Assembly (NCBI GenBank): GCA_043779265.1
Contig: JAYWEM010000057.1
Coordinates: 1 to 11,620, forward strand
Direction of reading: 5' to 3'
Source: a bacterium
Lineage (GTDB): Bacteria > Eisenbacteria > RBG-16-71-46
DNA: 11,620 bases
Shown here: one piece after another, positions 1 to 6,953 of the stretch
Layout of the letters: the number at the start of each line of letters is the position of its first letter
How positions within the stretch are numbered: the stretch's first letter is position 1
Notes under the pieces: generated by a model
The model's input: only the letters and a program-made list of their open reading frames with translations
The model's database searches: none
Told to the model about the DNA's origin: nothing
Position numbers and translations under genes: made by a program

Positions 1-205
1 GGCCTTCGGCATCGCCGCGGTCATCGCGAATGTCGTCGGTGGGCTGCTGTACGAGGGCGGCGGGCACGTCGCCCTGTTCGGCCTCGGCTCCGTCCTGGCA
101 GTGCTGGCCGCGCTGGTCGGCTGGATCAGCTTCCCGCGGGCGTCGGGCCCACGTGTCGCCGGTCAGGCCGGCAGGTTGAGTCCCGAGATTGCCAGCGACG
201 CGTGA
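1..205 (+). CDS. MFS transporter, 3' end only (last two TM helices; 5' part outside the window)
   Basis: Not in the ORF track. The frame starting at base 2 reads AFGIAAVIANVVGGLLYEGGGHVALFGLGSVLAVLAALVGWISFPRASGPRVAGQAGRLSPEIASDA to TGA at 203-205. Two hydrophobic helices joined by GGLLYE..G match the usual MFS TM11-TM12 pattern. Confidence 0.75.
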   Translation, partial: AFGIAAVIANVVGGLLYEGGGHVALFGLGSVLAVLAALVGWISFPRASGPRVAGQAGRLSPEIASDA

Positions 206-2037
206 TCCAGGGTGACGACCCGGTCGCCGCGCGCGAATCGCTCGACGCCCGCGCGAGCGGGCATCACGGCCAGGCCACGTTCGACCAGGATCCGAGCGAG
301 GATGTCCGTCCAGGCTTCCACCGAGCTGCACCCGACGTAGGCGAGTCCAGCGCGCCGGACGACCGCCGGCATCCCCGCGAGGTATGTAGAGCCGCCGTAC
401 CTCGCCAGGACCTCCACGGAGCGGTCGGCTTCGTCATCGAGGGCAAGGACGTCCGTCCACGGGCCTGCGGGCGCTCCGCCGGGTTCCACGGTGACCGCCA
501 GGGTCTGGCTCAGGCTTTCCACGACGCGCGCCCCGAGGCTTGCTGCAAGCCCGCCCGGGAGCGGCTCCTCCAGCCAGCAGTCATCGAGATCCTTGACCAG
601 GGACCGAGGCCCGAGGATGACCAGTGCGCCGTCCGTCATGGCCTCGCGGAGGCGCGCGATGCGCGCCGGCGACATCAGGTGCAGGGCCGGGGCGACGATC
701 GTGTCGTAACCCGTGAGGTCGTCCCGCGGACCGAGGATGTCCGCGTCCAGGCCCAGTCGATGGATGGCGGCATGCACCGGCTGGACGAGCGCTCGATGGG
801 TCAGGCCCGCCTGATGTGGGTCGATCTCGATCGCCCATGCGTCCTCGTAGGAGTGCACGACTGCGACGCGGGCCCGCGGACGCTTCAGCACCTCGGGCGT
901 CGCTTCGCGCACCGCGCGCAGCTCCCGGGCGAGGCGGACGGCCTCGTCCAGGCCTCGATCTGCGGACCCGTCATGGCGCAGCAATCCAGTGTGGTATTGC
1001 TCCTGTCCGGAGCGGGTGGGCCGCCACGAGAAGAACAGGGACGCTTCCATGCCGTGGAGCGCCGCCTGCCAGCCCCACAGGCGAACCTGGCCTGGGGGGA
1101 CCGGGGGATTGAGCGCCGTCCAGTTGATCGGGCCCGGCTGCTGCTCCATCACCCAGGCCCGCCCGGACGGACCCGCCGAGCCGCGAGCGAGGTCCAGCAG
1201 ATAGGCGTAGGCCTCCGGCCCATCCACGCCGTCTGGATACGCATCGATGGCCGCGATGCCACCCGCCTCGTGGACGTCGCGGGCGTCCACGAACGTGTCA
1301 TCCCAGTACAGGTTGACGAGAATATCGCGGCCCGCTGATCCCGCGGCCACCACGGCCCGCTGCTCCTGGAGACCGGCCACGACCTGGTGGCTGGCGAAGC
1401 GGCGGTGGGCGAGGAGCAGGCTCGGCGACTGGACGGTGGAGGATCGACGCGGAAGCTCCACTTCGTCCCACGAGCCGTACTGGCCCGACCAGAAGGTCGT
1501 ACCCCAGGCGTCGTTCAGGTGCTCAGGCGTGCCGTAGCGGCCGGCGATCCAGGATCGAAAGGCCGACTCGCAGGCGGGGCACCAGCAGCGTGCCGAATCG
1601 TGATTGCCGGGCTCATTGTCGAGCTGCCAGGCGACGACCGCCTGGTGGTCCCCGAAGCGCTCCACGAGCGCGCTGACGATCCGCTGCGCCGCGGCCCGGT
1701 AGGCCGGCGCCGTAGGGCACGTGGCCCGGCGACTTCCCGCTGCGCGCGTTGATCCGTCGATGTTCATGAGGCGGATCTCCGGCTGAGCGCGCACCAGCCA
1801 GCGAGGCGGGACGGCGGTCGGCGTGCCGAGGACGACCCGGATATCCGCGGCCGCCGCGGTGTCGACGGCCCGCGCCAGCCAGCCCAGGTCGATGACGCCG
1901 GGTGTCCGCTCGAGGGCGCCCCAGGCGAACTCGCCGAGTCGGACGAGCTCGAGACCCGTATCGGCCATCCGTCTCGTGTCGTCGGCCCAGCTGGTCTCCG
2001 GGTGCTGCTCGGGATACCAGCACACGCCCAGCTTCAT
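163..2037 (-). CDS. Beta-galactosidase, glycoside hydrolase family 42 (624 aa)
   Basis: Motifs GVCWYPEQ, RLGEFAW, LGTPTAVPP, WQLDNEP (acid/base Glu), VMEQQPG (nucleophile Glu), GQEQYHTG, and Zn-type cysteines ATCPT and CWCPAC. GAGGTG SD lies 5 nt before the ATG, and the start overlaps the upstream stop (ATGA, 2034-2037). No signal peptide is evident. Confidence 0.95.
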   Translation of the reverse strand: MKLGVCWYPEQHPETSWADDTRRMADTGLELVRLGEFAWGALERTPGVIDLGWLARAVDTAAAADIRVVLGTPTAVPPRWLVRAQPEIRLMNIDGSTRAAGSRRATCPTAPAYRAAAQRIVSALVERFGDHQAVVAWQLDNEPGNHDSARCWCPACESAFRSWIAGRYGTPEHLNDAWGTTFWSGQYGSWDEVELPRRSSTVQSPSLLLAHRRFASHQVVAGLQEQRAVVAAGSAGRDILVNLYWDDTFVDARDVHEAGGIAAIDAYPDGVDGPEAYAYLLDLARGSAGPSGRAWVMEQQPGPINWTALNPPVPPGQVRLWGWQAALHGMEASLFFSWRPTRSGQEQYHTGLLRHDGSADRGLDEAVRLARELRAVREATPEVLKRPRARVAVVHSYEDAWAIEIDPHQAGLTHRALVQPVHAAIHRLGLDADILGPRDDLTGYDTIVAPALHLMSPARIARLREAMTDGALVILGPRSLVKDLDDCWLEEPLPGGLAASLGARVVESLSQTLAVTVEPGGAPAGPWTDVLALDDEADRSVEVLARYGGSTYLAGMPAVVRRAGLAYVGCSSVEAWTDILARILVERGLAVMPARAGVERFARGDRVVTLDHASLAISGLNLPA

Positions 2038-3446
2038 CCGCGCACCTCATCTGCCTTCCAGATCTGACCACCGTCCGGCCCAGACTCGGGTTCCCAGCGA
2101 AGCAGGCTGCCGCTTGCCGGTCGGAGGAGCGTACGCGTCAAGGCGAGCCCGCGTGCGTCGAGTTGGCCGAGGCGATCGCCCGAGAGCGCGAGGCCGCCGT
2201 ACGCCGCCAGATGGGCCGCCCACGTCTCGCGGTCCTCGGAGCGCGGGGTCGCGATCAGGCAGTCCGGATCGTTGACCCATAGCCGTCCATGCATCCACGC
2301 GCGCGCCCGTCCGGCGGCCAGGGCGCCGCGCAGCGACGGCTGGCTGATGTCGCCGTCGGGCGGCTCCACCTTGTGATCCGTGTCGGGACTCACGCGCATC
2401 GCGTCGACAAGGCCGATCGAGGACAGCAGCGGGGCGCCGCAGCCGAGGATCGTGGCGTTGTCGCCGACGGCAGCGCGGATGATGCGCAGCCCCTCGCGGT
2501 ACGCGGCGATCGGGTCGGCGTCGCCGTGACGCCCGCCGACCATCGCGCCGGCGTACAGGAAATCGAGCTTGTGGAACGCGAAGCCCCATTGGCCCAGGGT
2601 GCGGTAGACGTGCGTGAGGTGCTCGGCGGCATCGGGGTGGGTCACGTCCAGGACCCGGATGCGCTGGCCCCAGTGATGCTCCGCAGCGAGCGTCTCCCGG
2701 ACCAGCCAGTCCGGATGTTCTCGAGCAACACGACTCGACTCGCCGACCAGGAACGGAGCCGTCCAGACGCCCGCCTCGCGACCCCCCGCGCGGATCCGCC
2801 CGGCAAGGTCGGCCATGGACGTGATCCGGCCCGAGGGCTCCAGCCAGTCCCCGATGGTCGCCTGGTAGCCATCGTCGATCTGGACGAGTCGCACGTCGAG
2901 GCGCTCGCGCTCGATGATGGCCAGGTTCTCGGCGACGGCCGCGTCGGTCACATCGTGCCAGTAGCCGTACCATGAGCACCAGCCCGGACCAAGGGCCCGG
3001 ATCGGACGCGGCGACATCGTCGCGGCGAGGTGATCGCCGGCACCAGCCAGGGCGGCATCGAGGGATGTGGCGACGGGCTGTTCCGTGACCGGACCGTCCG
3101 ACGAGACCACGAGACGGTCCTCGACCAGGCGGACCCGGATGGTCGCGACCGCACGAGATGGATCCACGGCGAGCCACAGGCGGGTCGGGCCGTCCACGCC
3201 GGCCTCGGCGACGGCCAGGAGCCCTTCGCTCGCGAACCCGATGCTCGGCGCGGAGCGCTCGGGTCGAAAGGCCATCGTCTGCCAAACGGCCCGTCGCGGT
3301 CGTGGCGAGGCCGGCAGATCGGCGGGATAGGCGCCGGAAGGGCTCCACGATTGCCAGCCGTGTTCGTAGACGCGCGCCCGAGTCGGGTCGTCGAGGCGGA
3401 TTTCGGCGACGGTTTCGAATCGGTCAGAAGCGACTTCCTGGTCCAT
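2034..3446 (-). CDS. Alpha-galactosidase, glycoside hydrolase family 36 (compact Thermotoga GalA-like type, about 470 aa)
   Basis: Motifs GWQSWS, GWCSWY, QIDDGYQ, GVWTAPF, KLDF (nucleophile Asp), GCGAP, DAMRVSPD (acid/base Asp) and WVNDPDCL. Start placed at ATG 3446 (MDQEV) because GAGGTG lies 9 nt upstream. The ORF-track ATG at 3473 is an alternative with no SD. Confidence 0.92.
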   Translation of the reverse strand: MDQEVASDRFETVAEIRLDDPTRARVYEHGWQSWSPSGAYPADLPASPRPRRAVWQTMAFRPERSAPSIGFASEGLLAVAEAGVDGPTRLWLAVDPSRAVATIRVRLVEDRLVVSSDGPVTEQPVATSLDAALAGAGDHLAATMSPRPIRALGPGWCSWYGYWHDVTDAAVAENLAIIERERLDVRLVQIDDGYQATIGDWLEPSGRITSMADLAGRIRAGGREAGVWTAPFLVGESSRVAREHPDWLVRETLAAEHHWGQRIRVLDVTHPDAAEHLTHVYRTLGQWGFAFHKLDFLYAGAMVGGRHGDADPIAAYREGLRIIRAAVGDNATILGCGAPLLSSIGLVDAMRVSPDTDHKVEPPDGDISQPSLRGALAAGRARAWMHGRLWVNDPDCLIATPRSEDRETWAAHLAAYGGLALSGDRLGQLDARGLALTRTLLRPASGSLLRWEPESGPDGGQIWKADEVRG

Positions 3447-3475
3447 GGTCACGTTCACCTCGCTAGTTGCCATAT

Positions 3476-3492
3476 CGAAGGTATCACTTTCG
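3476..3492. promoter_or_regulatory. Candidate operator: imperfect palindrome CGAAGGT-atc-ACTTTCG
   Basis: 6 of 7 arm positions are complementary. It lies between the divergent genes, 3 bp from the TTGACA box, and contains a CTTTC/TTTCG element of the type bound by AgaR/GlpR-like DeoR regulators. Confidence 0.55.
3478..3486 (-). promoter_or_regulatory. Candidate extended -10 promoter (TG-n-TACCTT) for the GH36-GH42 pair
   Basis: The minus strand reads TGATACCTT, fitting TGnTAnnnT, about 30 nt upstream of ATG 3446. No good -35 hexamer at 17 bp. Confidence 0.4.
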
Positions 3493-3495
3493 CTA

Positions 3496-3524
3496 TTGAC
3501 AAGGTCCGTAAGGTTTCAGACACT
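3496..3524 (+). promoter_or_regulatory. Sigma70-type promoter for the deoR-galT-ABC operon
   Basis: Perfect -35 TTGACA at 3496-3501, a spacer of exactly 17 bp, then GACACT at 3519-3524 (conserved A2 and T6 of the -10 box). It sits in the only clearly AT-richer intergenic stretch of the window. Confidence 0.7.
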
Positions 3525-3533
3525 CTCCAGTGC

Positions 3534-4340
3534 GTGACTACCATCGAAACCGAAAGCCCCATCCCCGCCGATGTCCGACGAGACCGGATGCTCGCGGTCG
3601 TGCGGGTCCGGGACTTCGCCACGGTCGCCGAACTGGCCGAGCAGTTCGCGATCTCGGAAGTCACGGTGCGCAGTGACCTCGAGTCACTCGCGGCGAGGGG
3701 CGATGTGCGACGAATCCGCGGTGGCGCGATCGCCACGAATCTGCCCCGTCGGGAGCGCCCCTTCGAGGAGTCGGAGTCGGAGTTCGCGGCCGAGAAGATC
3801 ACGATCGGGCGCGCCGCCGCCGACCTCGTCAGGGACGGCGACACCGTCATCCTGGACGTCGGGACGACGACCGCGGCCGTGGCTCGGGCGATGGCCGCTC
3901 GCGCCGAACTGCGCGACGTCGTGGTTTTCACCAACAGCTTGACGACGGCGATGCAGCTGGAGCCGGTCATCCCGCGCTTCACCGTGGTCCTGACCGGTGG
4001 CACCTTGCGTCCGCTCCAGCACTCCCTCGTCGACCCGTTGGGCGACGGGGTCCTGGAACGCATCCGGGCGGACATGGCCTTCATCGGCTGCAACGGGGTC
4101 GATCCGGTAGCGGGGATCACCAACATCAACCTGCCCGAAGCCGAGATGAAGCGGCGGATGATGGGCGCGGCGCGGCGCCGCATCGTGGTCGCCGACGGCT
4201 CGAAGATCGGGCAGGTCGAACTCGCCCGGCTGTGCTCGGTCGATGCCGTCGATCTGTTGATGACCGGGCCCTCGGGCGACGCCACGATCCTCTCGGCGCT
4301 CGTCGAGCGGGGCATGCGGGTCGAGGTCGTGGACACATGA
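3534..4340 (+). CDS. DeoR/GlpR/AgaR-family transcriptional regulator (268 aa)
   Basis: HTH RRDRML...VAELAEQFAISEVTVRSDLESLAARGDVRRIRGGA. Sensor-domain motifs EKITIGRAAA, VILDVGTTT, VFTNSL, LTGG, ADMAFIGCNGV and VVADGSKIG. Start GTG 3534 is in frame with the 3030..4340 ORF, just downstream of the promoter and upstream of the HTH. Confidence 0.95.
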   Translation: MTTIETESPIPADVRRDRMLAVVRVRDFATVAELAEQFAISEVTVRSDLESLAARGDVRRIRGGAIATNLPRRERPFEESESEFAAEKITIGRAAADLVRDGDTVILDVGTTTAAVARAMAARAELRDVVVFTNSLTTAMQLEPVIPRFTVVLTGGTLRPLQHSLVDPLGDGVLERIRADMAFIGCNGVDPVAGITNINLPEAEMKRRMMGAARRRIVVADGSKIGQVELARLCSVDAVDLLMTGPSGDATILSALVERGMRVEVVDT

Positions 4341-5473
4341 GAGCGGCCGTCGTCGTGGCCCGCCACGACCTGTGCCGGGCCGATGGCCGACGCCTGTTCG
4401 TCTACGGCCAGCTCCGCGGTGATCTCGCCGGCGACAGCCTGGGACCAGTCGAGTTGCCGGCGCTGCACCAGCGGTATGACGCGTTGTCCGACACCTGGGT
4501 CGCCATCTCCCCGGCCCGCAACAGGCGCCCGAACTCAGCGCTCGATGCGCGCACAGCCGCGGGGACCGCGTGTCCACTGTGCCCGGGTGGTCCAGAGGTG
4601 CCCTTCGGGTACGACGCCGCGGTCTTCGAGAATCGATGGCCGTCATACGTGGCGTCCCCGCCACCCGTCGGCGACGACCCGCGCATGGCTCGATCAGTGG
4701 GCCGCTGCGAAGTCGTCCTGTACACCGACGCGCACGTCGGTTCGCTGGCAACCCTGTCGCCGGAGGCCCTGGCCACCGTCGTCGCGATCTGGCGCGATCG
4801 CTCGACGGCGTTGTGGGCCGAAGCTGTCCACCGCTTCGTGATGGTCTTCGAGAACCGTGGCGAGGCAGTCGGCGCGACGATCTCCCACCCGCACGGGCAG
4901 ATCTACGCCTTCGATCGCCTGCCCCCGTTCGTCGCCACCCGGGCGGCCGTGCTGGCCCGTCACCGTGAGCGGACCGCTGCGTGCCTTACCTGCGCGGTGG
5001 TGGCGGAGGACACTGCCGCGCCAGGGCGCGAGGTCGTCCGCGGAGAACATTTCATGGTGGCCGTCCCGTTCGCCGCTCGCTGGCCGTTCGAAGTCCGGAT
5101 CCGGGCTCGACGTCACGAGCTGCGCCGGCTGGCGGACCTCGAGCCGGCCGAACAGGTCGAGCTCGCGTCCCTGCTGAGGGAGGTGGTGTCGCGGTACGAC
5201 GGACTCTTCGGGTTCGAACTGCCGTACATGATGGTGGTCAATGAGGGTCCCACGGATGTGCCGGACTGGCACCTGTCCGTGGAGTTCCTTCCGCCCCATC
5301 GCTCCGCCGAGCTCACCAAGATCCGGGCGAGTGTCGAGACTGCCGCAGGGCAGTTCATCAACGACACCCTGCCCGAGCAGTCCGCCGCCCGTCTGGCGGC
5401 GGTCCAGGTGACCCACCGCACCGAGCAGGTGGTTCCGACGACCGTCGACGTGGCGGTCCGCAGCGCTCGCTGA
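4337..5473 (+). CDS. galT: Galactose-1-phosphate uridylyltransferase, class I (378 aa)
   Basis: Active-site SHPHGQIY (HPH at 4886-4894), RNRRP, CPLCPG, FENRWP, GRCEVV, FENRG, VPFAARWPFE and LPYMM. Start ATG 4337 overlaps the regulator stop (ATGA 4337-4340), with GAGGT upstream. Confidence 0.95.
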   Translation: MRAAVVVARHDLCRADGRRLFVYGQLRGDLAGDSLGPVELPALHQRYDALSDTWVAISPARNRRPNSALDARTAAGTACPLCPGGPEVPFGYDAAVFENRWPSYVASPPPVGDDPRMARSVGRCEVVLYTDAHVGSLATLSPEALATVVAIWRDRSTALWAEAVHRFVMVFENRGEAVGATISHPHGQIYAFDRLPPFVATRAAVLARHRERTAACLTCAVVAEDTAAPGREVVRGEHFMVAVPFAARWPFEVRIRARRHELRRLADLEPAEQVELASLLREVVSRYDGLFGFELPYMMVVNEGPTDVPDWHLSVEFLPPHRSAELTKIRASVETAAGQFINDTLPEQSAARLAAVQVTHRTEQVVPTTVDVAVRSAR

Positions 5474-5492
5474 CGCGGGCACACAGGAGGAG

Positions 5493-6878
5493 ATGTACAT
5501 CGTGGACAAGCGACTGCGCTGGCTTGCGCTAGCGTCCGCCTCGGCCATCCTGGTCGCGGCCTGTACCGGGAACACGGCATCGACCGCTCCCTCATCGGCG
5601 CCCTCGACGGCGCCGTCCAGCGCGGCCTCGGCGGAGCCGACCGTCGCCCCGTCAGAGCCGGCCTCGGATGTGACCGTCACATTCCGTACGCGCCCGGACA
5701 ACGACGCGGAGGCGGCCGTCTACGAGCAGGTCGCGGCCAAGGTCAGCCAGATGACCGGTGTGACGGTCGTCTACCAGAAGGGTGGCTCGGAGACGTCCAG
5801 CTACCAGGACCAGCTCAAGACCGAGGCCGCCGCGGGCACCGCCCCGGACGTCTTCTGGCTTCCAGGCACGGACACGGCCGACTTCGCGACCAAGGGGATC
5901 ACCCTTGACCTGCGCTCCTACGCGAGCGCGACCGACGGCTACAGCGACGACCTGTACTACCCGGGCCCGATGGCCCAGCTGACGACGGACCCGGCCACCG
6001 GCCAGCCCGGCGACAAGCTCTGGGGCCTGCCCCGCGACGTGTCCACATTCGGCCTCTATCTCAACCTCGACCTCATCGCCGAGGCCGGGGCCGAGGATCC
6101 GCGGGAGCTCGCCGCAGCCGGCGACTGGACGTGGGCCAAGTTCGAGGAAGTCGGCAAGAAGGTCGCTGCCCTGAGCGCTGACGTCAAGGCGTACGGTGCC
6201 TCGTCGTGGTGGGGCCCGTACGGCGTCTGGATGAATGGCGCCGGCGGCGGGTTCTTCAACGCCGATCGCAGCGCATGTGGTCTCGACACCCCCGGATCGA
6301 TCGCCGGACTCGAGCAGCTCAAGAAGATCTACGAGCTCGACAACTTCGCCATCAAGTACGGCGAGGATCCCGAAGGACCGTTCATCGCCGGCAACGTCGC
6401 GATGTTCCAGAACGGCCGCTGGGCCACTCCGAACATCCGGACCAATGCCAAGTTCGATTGGGATGTCGTGCGTCTGCCCGACGGCCCGAAGCCGGGTGGC
6501 AACTGGCTGTTCTGGGGCGCGTACGCGGTCAATGCCAAGGCCGCCGATGCGGAAGCCGCCTGGAAAGTCGCCTACGCCCTGACCGACCCGGAGGTCCAGA
6601 AGATGGTCTCCGAGCTCGGCGCCAATATCCCGAGCCGGGTCGGAGATGCGGCGATCGCCGACTTCCTGACCTTCAGCCCGCCCGCCAACAACCAGGCCTT
6701 CATCGATGGCCTGACCACCAACCCTGCCACCGAGGGCCCGCTGTGGGCCGGAAGCTGGCCCAAGTTCGACACCGTGATGGGCGCCGCCGTCACGTCCGTC
6801 GTGAATGGCGAGACGACCGTGGACGAGTTCAAGGCCACGATCTGCACCAGTGCCAACGCGGAAGCGTTCGGCAACTAG
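5493..6878 (+). CDS. Carbohydrate ABC transporter substrate-binding lipoprotein (CUT1 / SBP_bac_1 type)
   Basis: Basic N-region, hydrophobic core and lipobox LVAA-C (Cys codon 5562-5564), followed by a Ser/Ala/Pro/Thr linker. Motifs AAGTAPDVF, LWGLP, LYLNLDL, DWTWAKF, FIAGNVAMFQNGRW and FDWDVVRLP. AGGAGG at 5485-5490 is very close to ATG 5493, so GTG 5502 may be the true start. Confidence 0.93.
   Translation: MYIVDKRLRWLALASASAILVAACTGNTASTAPSSAPSTAPSSAASAEPTVAPSEPASDVTVTFRTRPDNDAEAAVYEQVAAKVSQMTGVTVVYQKGGSETSSYQDQLKTEAAAGTAPDVFWLPGTDTADFATKGITLDLRSYASATDGYSDDLYYPGPMAQLTTDPATGQPGDKLWGLPRDVSTFGLYLNLDLIAEAGAEDPRELAAAGDWTWAKFEEVGKKVAALSADVKAYGASSWWGPYGVWMNGAGGGFFNADRSACGLDTPGSIAGLEQLKKIYELDNFAIKYGEDPEGPFIAGNVAMFQNGRWATPNIRTNAKFDWDVVRLPDGPKPGGNWLFWGAYAVNAKAADAEAAWKVAYALTDPEVQKMVSELGANIPSRVGDAAIADFLTFSPPANNQAFIDGLTTNPATEGPLWAGSWPKFDTVMGAAVTSVVNGETTVDEFKATICTSANAEAFGN
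5565..5666 (+). repeat. Low-complexity S/A/P/T linker with repeated STAPSSA units in the binding protein
   Basis: Translation TGNTASTAPSSAPSTAPSSAASAEPTVAPSEPAS directly after the lipidated Cys. STAPSSA occurs twice, with synonymous differences at DNA level. Confidence 0.8.
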
Positions 6879-6887
6879 GTCATCGCC

Positions 6888-6925
6888 CCGGGAGGGCCGA
6901 CCCGTGAGGGTCGGCCCCGACCCGG
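6888..6925 (+). terminator. GC-rich intercistronic stem-loop (mRNA stabiliser or partial terminator)
   Basis: Perfect 10-bp stem GGGCCGACCC (6894-6903), GTGA loop (GNRA type), GGGTCGGCCC (6908-6917), extendable by CCGGG (6888-6892) with CCCGG (6921-6925). It follows the binding-protein stop and has no U-tract. Confidence 0.7.
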
Positions 6926-6953
6926 TTCGCCCAGTCTCCGAGGAGGACCTCCC

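Noticed and set aside
202..1338. 378-aa plus-strand ORF (also 2289..2975 and other ORFs antisense to the galactosidases)
   Set aside because: Antisense shadows of strongly supported GH42 and GH36 genes, with no recognisable motifs. Long stop-free antisense frames are expected at this GC content.
2047..3348. 433-aa minus-strand ORF overlapping the GH36 gene in another frame
   Set aside because: Arg/Gly/Pro-rich off-frame translation typical of high-GC DNA. The GH36 frame carries all the family motifs.
3030..3533. Apparent 168-aa N-terminal extension on the DeoR regulator
   Set aside because: It overlaps the GH36 gene on the opposite strand and runs through the promoter region. The DeoR fold begins just after GTG 3534, so this is not a fusion.
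4232..4336. ORF-track upstream start for galT (likewise 8638 for permease 2 and 11587 for the GH5)
   Set aside because: Better starts exist: ATG 4337 has an ATGA overlap and SD, and ATG 8671 has an SD. The GH5 frame stays open and conserved to the window edge.
6894..6917. Hairpin considered as a REP element, CRISPR repeat or mobile-element end
   Set aside because: Only one copy was seen in the window, with no spacers, cas genes or transposase. Its position fits an intercistronic stabiliser.
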